DNA of 21,215 bases, from the UHGV virus genome UHGV-1726252; one strand, written 5' to 3'. Source of the stretch: a virus. A program made the translations under genes and the position numbers. Position 1 is the stretch's first letter. Every line of letters starts with the position of its first letter. The notes beneath the pieces were generated by a model. That model worked only from the letters and a program-made list of their open reading frames with translations, was not told the DNA's origin and searched no databases. This document shows positions 7,685 to 15,471 of the stretch, one piece after another.

Positions 7685-10377
7685 TATCTAGCCTTCCTTT
7701 TTGCGTACATAACATTAACCGCGTCATGAACTTTCCCCTGCCCTTTCGACAAGCTATTTACGACCATGTCAAAGCCCTGGGTCGCCCCGCGTTTCACAGC
7801 CGCTTCCATCATCGCAATTGTACGTGCATCAGGATCACCATTAACCTGAATGGTTGGTGAATAATTGAATTGACCCTGCATTGCGTTATTTTCACGTTGT
7901 TTTTGAATATCGGTGAGAGTCGCATCCAATTTTGCTGAGGTATTAGACTTAACGACTCGCTCTCCTTGTTGAAGCAACCAAGTCCCCGTCGCTGGAACCT
8001 TATCAAGACCATCGTGAGCCATACCCATCAGAGAGGCGGCTGATATGGCCGCAACCATTGGCGATGTTACTGCCGCAGCCGCAGCCATCGCAGCGGGTGC
8101 GAGCGCTGGCCCCACGATAGGGATCGCCGCAGTAGAAGCGTAGGCATTTAATTGGGCCATTAATGCACTGGCTGTGGCATTGCTGGTCATTGCGGCTGCG
8201 GCTGAAGCTTGGGTGCCTTTACCAACCATTAGCTGAACAGCCTGGTAAACGAGCCATTGAGCAGCCATTTGCGACAGGGTCTGAATAACCGTCTCGCCCA
8301 TGCTGGAGAACATATTCCCGAATGCATCACCGACAGATTTCGCTTGGGTGATAATTCCGCTAAAAGCATTAGCCATTGAATTAGTTGTTTGATTAAGTAA
8401 CGAAGATGCTGCGTTAGCAGCCGTCAGGTTATAGTTAGAAGCTTCATCGGCGAAATTCGCCATGGATGTTAAGGCACCAGCCTGCCAGTTCTGCCTGATC
8501 GCATCCTGCTGACCGTAGTAATTCCTGAGCGCGGTCAACTCATTCTGATAGCCTTTATCGCTTTCATTGCCGCCCGAATTTTTCCAGCCCTGAAGGAGTT
8601 GGGCCTCTTCAAGACGGCGCTGTGCCTGACGACTGCTCATGCCAGCACTATCGGCCAGCGCGCGGGTTTTCTCACCCATCTGGGTCACATATTTCTGAGA
8701 TGAGTCCTGCAGGCGGTTGAGGCGTTCCTGAATGACGATCTGATCTCCCAATCCGGCATTGATCTCCGCCTGGGCGAGCACCTTGTCTTTGCTGGCGAGC
8801 ACTGATTTTTCATCATCAGTGAGTACGCGATTTTTCGCAGCTTGCTCGAGTACAGTGAATTTGGCCTGCTCTTTCCATAACTGCTGCCGCTGCAGGCTGA
8901 TCTTGTCGTTGATTCCAGTATGCTGCCGTAAAACCTCCAGTTGAGTTTGCAATTCCAGAGTCTGAGCACTGGTACTGTCGGTAAGCTTCGTTCCACCCGG
9001 CGTCCTGACTTTCGTCGGTTTCTTCAGCGAGTCCTCATATTCCTTTCTCGCCGCGGCCAGATTGATGTTGTAATCAGCCTGAAGGATCCTACCTTCTTTC
9101 AACGCTTTGTTCAGTTCGTTCTGGCGATCGGTGTACTTCTCCAGAGCCGTCTGCGATTTGCTGTAATTCGCCTGGGCCTGTTGCGCGTACTTGAGGCGAT
9201 CGGCTTCCAGTCCTGCCTCACGGGTAGCGCTTTCCTGGGCGAGTTGAGAATTGCGTGCCTGTTGCTGCGCCATATCCAGCGCCTGGCGGGTTGTCTCACG
9301 GTCATTCCAGAAGCGGGCGCGCGCTTCATCGTTGACATAACGATCGCCCTTTCGCAAATCCCAGATTTCATCCGCCCGCCTGAAGGCCGCCTCTGCCTTG
9401 CTCAGCATTTCCTGAGAGGTATCCGGCCTGCCGATATCCAGCGCCGCATCCCACATGGATTTAAAGGCATTTTTCAGAGAGTCCGCAGCGGATTCAATCG
9501 AGCCCATGTTGTCGCGGATACTGGCAGTCTGCTTGTTGAACCCGGCGGTTGCTGCTTCGTTTGCCGCCTGTAGAGCCCCTGCTTCATTTCCTGAGCGCTG
9601 CAGAGCGGCAACATATTCAACCTGTTCAGCCGTGACATTGTGAAACTGCTGCGCCATCGCCAGCAGCCCTGACGCCGGATCGTTGACCATGCGTCCAAAT
9701 GCTTCGGCCACCTTATCGACCGGCAGACCGGATGCATCTGTGAATTTCGCAACCGAGATCGCAAGCCCTTCAAAGTTAGCACCCGCGCGAACGCCAGCGT
9801 TAACTAGTGCCGTCAATGCCTGACTGGTCTGATTGAAAGTTAATCCCGCTTTTTCGCCGGCTGCTGCAATAGTTTGCATACGGACTGCAGTGAGCCCGGC
9901 AGTGTTCCCGGTGAGCACCAACGTTTTATTGAATTCGGATAATGTACTTGATCCCTGATAGTACGAGTACATCAGCGCCGCGGTGCCAGCGGTTAACGCA
10001 CCAACGCCCAGCATTACAGGTGAGATTGAACTGGCAAGACCAACCAGCATTGGTCGAATCCCGCCAAACATGTCTTTTACCTGCCCGCCCTGCTGGAGCA
10101 GAATCAGCCAGGGGTTCTGCCCCCCTGCTAACTGTGTGGCAACATCCGTAAACTGTGCAGGCAACATGCGCATAGCATTGCTGTACTGCCCTACGGACAA
10201 GCCCGCTCTTTTTGCTGCTACTTCATGGCGGGTAAAGGACTTTTGGACCTGAAGGGCAGCGTCATTTGCGGCCTGACCAGTGCCTTTGAGCTGCTTATTT
10301 ACACGATTAACCTGCTCCGTGAATTTAGTCGAATCAACATCCAGATTTACTATCAGGTCACCCACTGACTGGGCCAT
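7684..10377 (-). CDS. H: Tail tape measure protein (gpH-like)
   Basis: 897 aa, Ala/Gln-rich with long predicted helical stretches and a hydrophobic Ala/Gly-rich segment near the C-terminus. Sits after G/T and before the tail tip genes; its start overlaps the T ORF end by 20 nt. Confidence 0.9.
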   Translation of the reverse strand: MAQSVGDLIVNLDVDSTKFTEQVNRVNKQLKGTGQAANDAALQVQKSFTRHEVAAKRAGLSVGQYSNAMRMLPAQFTDVATQLAGGQNPWLILLQQGGQVKDMFGGIRPMLVGLASSISPVMLGVGALTAGTAALMYSYYQGSSTLSEFNKTLVLTGNTAGLTAVRMQTIAAAGEKAGLTFNQTSQALTALVNAGVRAGANFEGLAISVAKFTDASGLPVDKVAEAFGRMVNDPASGLLAMAQQFHNVTAEQVEYVAALQRSGNEAGALQAANEAATAGFNKQTASIRDNMGSIESAADSLKNAFKSMWDAALDIGRPDTSQEMLSKAEAAFRRADEIWDLRKGDRYVNDEARARFWNDRETTRQALDMAQQQARNSQLAQESATREAGLEADRLKYAQQAQANYSKSQTALEKYTDRQNELNKALKEGRILQADYNINLAAARKEYEDSLKKPTKVRTPGGTKLTDSTSAQTLELQTQLEVLRQHTGINDKISLQRQQLWKEQAKFTVLEQAAKNRVLTDDEKSVLASKDKVLAQAEINAGLGDQIVIQERLNRLQDSSQKYVTQMGEKTRALADSAGMSSRQAQRRLEEAQLLQGWKNSGGNESDKGYQNELTALRNYYGQQDAIRQNWQAGALTSMANFADEASNYNLTAANAASSLLNQTTNSMANAFSGIITQAKSVGDAFGNMFSSMGETVIQTLSQMAAQWLVYQAVQLMVGKGTQASAAAAMTSNATASALMAQLNAYASTAAIPIVGPALAPAAMAAAAAVTSPMVAAISAASLMGMAHDGLDKVPATGTWLLQQGERVVKSNTSAKLDATLTDIQKQRENNAMQGQFNYSPTIQVNGDPDARTIAMMEAAVKRGATQGFDMVVNSLSKGQGKVHDAVNVMYAKRKAR

Positions 10378-10666
10378 AGCGCACTCCTCCCAGGCTTTCC
10401 GCCGCAGACATCATCACATCGTCATCCATCGGTAAGGTATCCTGCTCAGGTGGGTTAAGCAGGCTAAAATCACGGGGCGTAAATTCGGCTTTTGAACACA
10501 GCATTGAAACCATAAGATGGCTGAGACGGGAGAAATGGGTGTCCAGAAGATCGCCTTCAAAATACTGCTGCTGATAGTAACGCCCCCATTCAGCCAGCTC
10601 GGACGATGACATGCCGGCAAGCATGACGCGCCAGTCGGGGCGCCGAAACTCGCGCGCCAGCTTCAT
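10358..10666 (-). CDS. T: Tail assembly chaperone T segment, probably expressed only as a G-T fusion by -1 frameshift
   Basis: ORF in the -1 frame relative to G (from track coordinates). By my reading the frame stays open upstream across the 3' end of G. The position matches lambda G/GT. Confidence 0.65.
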   Translation of the reverse strand: MKLAREFRRPDWRVMLAGMSSSELAEWGRYYQQQYFEGDLLDTHFSRLSHLMVSMLCSKAEFTPRDFSLLNPPEQDTLPMDDDVMMSAAESLGGVRYGPVSG

Positions 10667-10686
10667 TACAAAGCTCAGCTCACCGG

Positions 10687-11097
10687 CTAATGCTTTTCCG
10701 CGCTGATGGGCTCGTCTTCCGTCACTACGTCTGTACTTTTCTCTTCGTCCGCCGGTACCGGTTCCGATACAGGGATCATGTCAGAAAGCGTTTTCACAAA
10801 AAGTTCGCCAGCGCCAATCATTCCCGGCGGCCAGCCGGACAGCACTTCATAATGCAGAGAATCGATCTCTTTAGAGGTGTCCCCCTGCCATAGCGATAAC
10901 GCGATCACCATCGCGCCGCTCCGGAGATTGCTGCTAACCCGTAACGGGAGATATCCCTCATCACCTTCGTCTTTCGGCAATGTTTTTTCTTCCTTCGCCA
11001 GGTATTGCAGATATTCAATACGTTGCAGGCCAGACAACTCAAACAACTGGATGGTGCTGCCGTTATAGGTGAACGGCTCAGATTTCAGAAAGCTCAT
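10687..11097 (-). CDS. G: Tail assembly chaperone G
   Basis: 136 aa; N-terminus MSFLKSEPFTYNGSTIQLFELSGLQRIEYL closely resembles lambda gpG (MFLKTESFEHNGVTVTLSELSALQRIEHL as recalled). Acidic C-terminus. Confidence 0.85.
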   Translation of the reverse strand: MSFLKSEPFTYNGSTIQLFELSGLQRIEYLQYLAKEEKTLPKDEGDEGYLPLRVSSNLRSGAMVIALSLWQGDTSKEIDSLHYEVLSGWPPGMIGAGELFVKTLSDMIPVSEPVPADEEKSTDVVTEDEPISAEKH

Positions 11098-11137
11098 GGA
11101 GTACTCCAGGAAAATGACGGGGCCAGCGCCCCGCCTG

Positions 11138-11875
11138 TCAGGAAACGGTGACTTTGCAGATCGCGACTTTCAGCCCGTCGTTGGACATCACGATAATTTC
11201 AGCAGCGCCTGTGGCTACGCCGGTGATGGTCAGGACATCGCCGTTAGCAGTAACTGTCGCTTTCGCCGGATCAGAGGAGGCAACACGGAAAGATTTGTCT
11301 GTAGCGCCAGCAGGGTTGACAGTAACGTTAACGGTGTCAGACGCGCCGGCGGCAACAGTCAGGGTTGCTTTATCAATCGTCACACCGGTAACCGGCACGA
11401 CAGGCGCGCGCGTTTCTTCCGCCAGCGATGGCTTGCCGTTGTTGCTGATCTTCACGCTGCGGGTAATGACTTCCTTCGCCGGGATGGTTTTACCGAGGCT
11501 GCTGACCCACCCCTTAAAGACGTCGATCGTCCCGTTCGGGTATTTAATTTTGTAGGCGCGCACGGCGCCGCTATAGAACCAGTCCACCAGAGATTGCTGC
11601 CCTGATTCACCCGGCTTCCAGGCCAGGGTGAAACTGGCTTCACCGGCTGACTTCTCCCCCTGCGCTGTGTTTGCCCAGTCTGCATTCGGATCGTCAAGGT
11701 AGGTGTCGTCATAGGACTCTGCGGTCAGTTCACCTGGCGTCAGGTCTTTGATTTTGGCCGTACGGGTCCAGTCGGTGTCACTGGTCGGATTGGCATAAGG
11801 GTCGCCTGAGCCGTTGTAAATCCAGAACGTTGTGCCTGCCCCTTTTACGGGCTCAAGCGGGTTCGGTGTTGGCAT
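11138..11875 (-). CDS. V: Major tail protein V with C-terminal Ig-like (Big_2-type) domain
   Basis: 245 aa. Near-colinear similarity to lambda gpV ([30 protein letters not shown]..., [34 protein letters not shown]). GAGG SD upstream. Confidence 0.95.
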   Translation of the reverse strand: MPTPNPLEPVKGAGTTFWIYNGSGDPYANPTSDTDWTRTAKIKDLTPGELTAESYDDTYLDDPNADWANTAQGEKSAGEASFTLAWKPGESGQQSLVDWFYSGAVRAYKIKYPNGTIDVFKGWVSSLGKTIPAKEVITRSVKISNNGKPSLAEETRAPVVPVTGVTIDKATLTVAAGASDTVNVTVNPAGATDKSFRVASSDPAKATVTANGDVLTITGVATGAAEIIVMSNDGLKVAICKVTVS

Positions 11876-11882
11876 GTTTACC

Positions 11883-12281
11883 TCACATTACGTATGAAAT
11901 TGAGTATTTGAGATCAGCCGATCCCCATGTCGCCATTTCGTCATCGCGCTGATAGTCATAGCCCTGAGCTGACATGGTTTCGATTAAGGGGAAAAGGCCG
12001 GGGAGTGCGTTAAGCTGGGGATAGATTTTGCTTTCCATCCAGGTATCCAGCGCTGTATCCGTTTCGCTCGCTTTCAGGAACACCTCGATATGAAGCGTGG
12101 CGCGCCAGATATCTTCGTCGATGGATTCCTCCGTGGACTGCGCGTCAGTGATATAGACGGCGACAGCAGGGAGATCTTCGGACTCAAGTACAGCGGGACG
12201 GCCATCAGACCACGTTACAGGATCGGTAATGCCAGCTTTCAACGCATCCAGAACCGCCAGGCGGATCAGTGGATGTTTCAT
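11883..12281 (-). CDS. U: Tail terminator protein U
   Basis: 132 aa; strong similarity to lambda gpU (MKH...AVLDAL, DGRPAV, PAVAVY, LHIEVFL, WMES.IYP, GYDY.RDD). ATGA overlap with the Z stop. Confidence 0.95.
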   Translation of the reverse strand: MKHPLIRLAVLDALKAGITDPVTWSDGRPAVLESEDLPAVAVYITDAQSTEESIDEDIWRATLHIEVFLKASETDTALDTWMESKIYPQLNALPGLFPLIETMSAQGYDYQRDDEMATWGSADLKYSISYVM

Positions 12282-12832
12282 TTGGTCAGGATTATCCTCA
12301 GTTGATTGCGTAAGGCCGCTGAGAGCTCTTTCGGAAGATCCGTTGCCGTCAGGCGGGTGCTTTCCTGCTTGAATGCCTCCGTCAGCGGTACCGCCAGAGG
12401 AATGCTCACCACCTCGAGCGGGTAGCGGCTTTTGGTGGTTCTCCGTAGGACATGCCAGCGCCCGTTTTTGAGCTGCTGAATGAATCCGCCCGGGAAGCGA
12501 AACCGCCCGATGACCAGAACGCTTCGGACACCGGCCTTGTCACGTTTTCGCCGGGAAAGACGCACGCTGGCCACGCCCAGCTTGATCGCCGGGAGGTTGC
12601 CCCGGTTGACCCGAATAGTGGCCTGCGGTTTACGTACCGTGGCTTTCTTCAGGCGTGCACGCTGATTGACGAGTTTTCGCTGCACCCGGGTTTCCTTCGC
12701 AACCTGACGGGTGCTGCGGGAGATGGCCCGGGTGGCCACACGGTTCACCGCCTGAGAGGATGCACGTGGCACAGCGGTTTTGCTGATGCTTTCCAGGTTA
12801 GCGATCGCCTGTTCGAGCCCTTTAATGGACAT
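12278..12832 (-). CDS. Z: Tail completion protein Z
   Basis: 184 aa from the ATG at 12832 (GGAGG 5 nt upstream). MSIKGLEQAIANLESISKTAVP and FIQQLKNGRWHV match lambda gpZ as recalled. The track ORF has a 58-codon upstream extension with no support. Confidence 0.85.
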   Translation of the reverse strand: MSIKGLEQAIANLESISKTAVPRASSQAVNRVATRAISRSTRQVAKETRVQRKLVNQRARLKKATVRKPQATIRVNRGNLPAIKLGVASVRLSRRKRDKAGVRSVLVIGRFRFPGGFIQQLKNGRWHVLRRTTKSRYPLEVVSIPLAVPLTEAFKQESTRLTATDLPKELSAALRNQLRIILTK

Positions 12833-12842
12833 AGAGCCTCCA

Positions 12843-13118
12843 TTACTCAATCCAGATCTGTGGCTTACCGTTGAACAACTGTTTGCGGGTAACGGTGTAG
12901 TCCTGGCCCTTCCAGTGAATGACATCGCCTTTGCGTGGCGACACTGCCGGGGAGAACACCACCAGTGACAGGCCATCCCCCACCAGCGGCCCCATTTCTG
13001 CGACAAACTGGCTTTCTACAGCATCAAAAATGACCCCGTTGATCGTGACTTTATCCGCCATCAGATTGACGGTGGCCGCGTCCATACGGGCCACCATCGC
13101 GTCGAAGGGATTAGCCAT
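12843..13118 (-). CDS. Head-tail joining protein, gpFII-like
   Basis: 91 aa from the internal ATG; MANPFDAMVARMDAAT resembles lambda FII MADFDNLFDAAIARADET as recalled. Position between head genes and Z. Start overlaps the end of the preceding gene. Confidence 0.65.
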   Translation of the reverse strand: MANPFDAMVARMDAATVNLMADKVTINGVIFDAVESQFVAEMGPLVGDGLSLVVFSPAVSPRKGDVIHWKGQDYTVTRKQLFNGKPQIWIE

Positions 13119-13434
13119 TAAGCTTAACCAGTACGGCGGCGGCGTTCGCACCGGCAGCCTGCCAGGCTTTCCCTGCGGGGGTCGCGCCGGTGGCCTCCAG
13201 TTGCACTTTCCCGCTTTTGAAGTAAACGGTCTTGCCCTGGGCGATATCATCCGCCGCCAGCTTCGGCAACTGGACTACGCCACTGGTGAGGCCCGTACCA
13301 GTTTCGCCGACGGCAATATCAGCGATAGCGATCGCCAGAACATCCCCAACGGCAACCGGCGTGCCACTGGCAATCACCGCCGACCCCGAGTTGGTCAAAT
13401 CGATAGTGTGACCATCCTGTACGAAATTCTTCAT
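13111..13434 (-). CDS. Small Gly/Ala-rich head protein, putative capsid decoration/cement protein (paralog A)
   Basis: 107 aa from the ATG at 13434, with GGAG 7 nt upstream. First gene after the capsid gene terminator. Clear paralog of the ORF at 20020-20361. Confidence 0.5.
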   Translation of the reverse strand: MKNFVQDGHTIDLTNSGSAVIASGTPVAVGDVLAIAIADIAVGETGTGLTSGVVQLPKLAADDIAQGKTVYFKSGKVQLEATGATPAGKAWQAAGANAAAVLVKLNG

Positions 13435-13442
13435 GAGCTCTC

Positions 13443-13466
13443 CGTATGGCCCCTGCCGGGGCCATG
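13443..13466 (-). other. Stable 8-bp hairpin in the 5' leader of the decoration-like gene
   Basis: Minus strand ATGGCCCC-GGCA-GGGGCCAT, a perfect inverted repeat with no following U-tract, lying between the capsid terminator and the SD of paralog A. Confidence 0.5.
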
Positions 13467-13475
13467 TTGCAGATA

Positions 13476-13498
13476 TAAAAAAAGCCCTTACGGGCCGG
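13476..13498 (-). terminator. Intrinsic terminator immediately after the protease/capsid gene
   Basis: Minus strand GGCCC-GTAA-GGGCT (GNRA-type loop) followed by TTTTTTTATAT, about 20 nt after the stop at 13515-13517. Confidence 0.7.
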
Positions 13499-13514
13499 TT
13501 CAATGTCGGGGTGA

Positions 13515-15461
13515 TTACTTACCGGATGATTTCGCCAGGCCGCGATAATCCAGCGGCGCCACACCAGCATCGATGCGGACTTTCGTCGCAACACCATCAG
13601 TGGTGAAACCTTCCTGCTGGTCGATGTACGGGGCATCAATGCCATTGAGGTACGCCACTTCGATGGTATCGGTGCCCTGTGCGGCAGCCAGATACCAGGC
13701 CGCCGGGTCGGCGTCATCCAGACGCGCTTCTGCGATCACTTCGGCAAAGTTCTGCAGCGGGTTCACCACGCCGGCATTGATATCAGCCCCTTTCACGCTT
13801 GCTGACTTAATGGTCTGGCTGGCTAATGTTTCCAGACCCACCGGAACCAGCATGTAGGCCGGACGAATGTTCAGGGCGCGCTCGCCCTCTTTCTGCTTGC
13901 GCATGTTCTGGCGGGCCTTATCCAGGCTGTCAACGCTGATGGCGCCAGCTGAAAGGTTGGCATGGTCAGCATGGAAGAGCGCCTTGCCATCTGAAAGTTT
14001 CCCGTTACCGGTCAGCACGGCGTAGACCAGGTCACCGATAGTGGCTTTTGCAGCGCGGCCCATCTTCATCGGAACGTCAGTCAGCTGGTTCAGGTCATCG
14101 TTGATAATGGCCTGGCGGGTGATGGAGAAGATCTCACCGTAAGTAGCCAGCGCGATGGTTTCACCCTTATCCTGCGTGGTGATGTACTTATACTCCGCGC
14201 CCTCTCGCACCTGACGCAGGGACGGGAAGCCCCCCATGCCGACGCGATGCGCCGTTTTGAAGTCAGAGAGCTGGCCTTTTTTGGTCCAGAGTTCAAAGGT
14301 CTCTGCCGCTTCATCCCAGCCCTGCAACAGCGCTTTGTTGGCGACATCGAGCAGGATATTGCCAAAATCGGAGGTGCTGTGCGTCAGCGCAAAACCGACC
14401 ATCTGCATCGGGTTGTAACTGGAGACCCCGATGCCGCGCTCGGTCAAGGACATGCGGGCGTATTCGCGCAGCGTCATACCGTTATAGACGTTGTCACGCT
14501 CAACATTTTCATAACCGGCACGCGCCATCAGCGCCTGGCGGATCCCGTCGCCAACAAAGTTACCGTTCCCGGCATACACATGGGCCTGCCCCTGCGTAGT
14601 GGTGTTGGACGGCGTGGCATTTTTACCGAGCTCTGCCAGAAGAACATCTTTCGCCTGGCTGACCGAGCACTCTGGATCGGCAATACATTTAGCCTGCAGC
14701 TCCTGATGCTTTCCGCCGAACATGGCGAAGAGATCCTGAATACCGTTCACGCGTGCCTTTTGCTCCGCAATAACCTGCGCACGGATATCAGTTTCGCTGG
14801 CACCTGCCGCCGGAGCCGGCTGGGTGACAGTTGGCTGCTGTGTTTCGCGCGTAGCGGTATTGCGCGGCGGGGTGACCATGTTGCGAATGCTGTTTGGCAT
14901 CTTTTCAAATTCCTCAATACGTTTCGAATGGATGCAGGCCATTGCCTGCAAGGATGGTGTGACCTGGTCAGCGAAGCCCAGCTCCAGACATTCAGTGCTG
15001 GAGAGCCAGGTCTCTTCCTCCAGCATTGCCGCAATTTCTTCGGTGCTTTTTCCCGTCTTCTGCGCGTATGCCGGGATCAACACCGACTCCATTTTGTCGA
15101 GCAGGTCGGCGTAGTCGCGCATGTCATCAGCATCACCACCCGCAAAACCCCACGGCTTGTGGATCATCATCATGGTGTTTTCCGGCATGATGACCGGGTT
15201 TCCTACCATGGCGATGACTGATGCCATTGAGGCAGCCAGACCGTCGATATAAACGGTGATCGCCGCGCCGTGGAATTTCAGGGCATTAAAAATGGCGATA
15301 CCGTCAAAGACATCGCCACCAGGGGAGTTGATATGCAGTTTGATGTGGGTGACATCGCCCAGCGCCTTAAGGTTTGCGACGAACTGCTTCGCCGTTACCC
15401 CCCAGTAGCCGATCTCGTCGTAGATGTAGATTTCGGCTTCGTTTTCCGAACTGGCCTGCAT
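13515..15461 (-). CDS. Fused prohead protease (ClpP/S49-like) and major capsid protein (HK97-fold type)
   Basis: Single ORF. N-terminal ~200 aa carry a ClpP/S49-like serine protease signature (EIYIYDEIGYWG, HINSPGGDVFDG, GLAASMASVI, MIHKPW). A Pro/Ala/Gln-rich linker follows, then a ~330-aa capsid-like C-terminal region. Start uncertain: ATG at 15461 (11 nt after the portal stop, chosen here) or ATG at 15545 (overlapping the portal 3' end). The track extension to 15806 is rejected. Confidence 0.85.
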   Translation of the reverse strand: MQASSENEAEIYIYDEIGYWGVTAKQFVANLKALGDVTHIKLHINSPGGDVFDGIAIFNALKFHGAAITVYIDGLAASMASVIAMVGNPVIMPENTMMMIHKPWGFAGGDADDMRDYADLLDKMESVLIPAYAQKTGKSTEEIAAMLEEETWLSSTECLELGFADQVTPSLQAMACIHSKRIEEFEKMPNSIRNMVTPPRNTATRETQQPTVTQPAPAAGASETDIRAQVIAEQKARVNGIQDLFAMFGGKHQELQAKCIADPECSVSQAKDVLLAELGKNATPSNTTTQGQAHVYAGNGNFVGDGIRQALMARAGYENVERDNVYNGMTLREYARMSLTERGIGVSSYNPMQMVGFALTHSTSDFGNILLDVANKALLQGWDEAAETFELWTKKGQLSDFKTAHRVGMGGFPSLRQVREGAEYKYITTQDKGETIALATYGEIFSITRQAIINDDLNQLTDVPMKMGRAAKATIGDLVYAVLTGNGKLSDGKALFHADHANLSAGAISVDSLDKARQNMRKQKEGERALNIRPAYMLVPVGLETLASQTIKSASVKGADINAGVVNPLQNFAEVIAEARLDDADPAAWYLAAAQGTDTIEVAYLNGIDAPYIDQQEGFTTDGVATKVRIDAGVAPLDYRGLAKSSGK

Positions 15462-15471
15462 ACGGAACCAG

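Noticed and set aside
12833-13006. 58-codon upstream extension of the Z ORF, and a similar extension of the FII-like ORF to 13250
   Set aside because: Both overlap the preceding gene and lack an SD. The internal ATGs match homolog N-termini and have SD or coupling signals.
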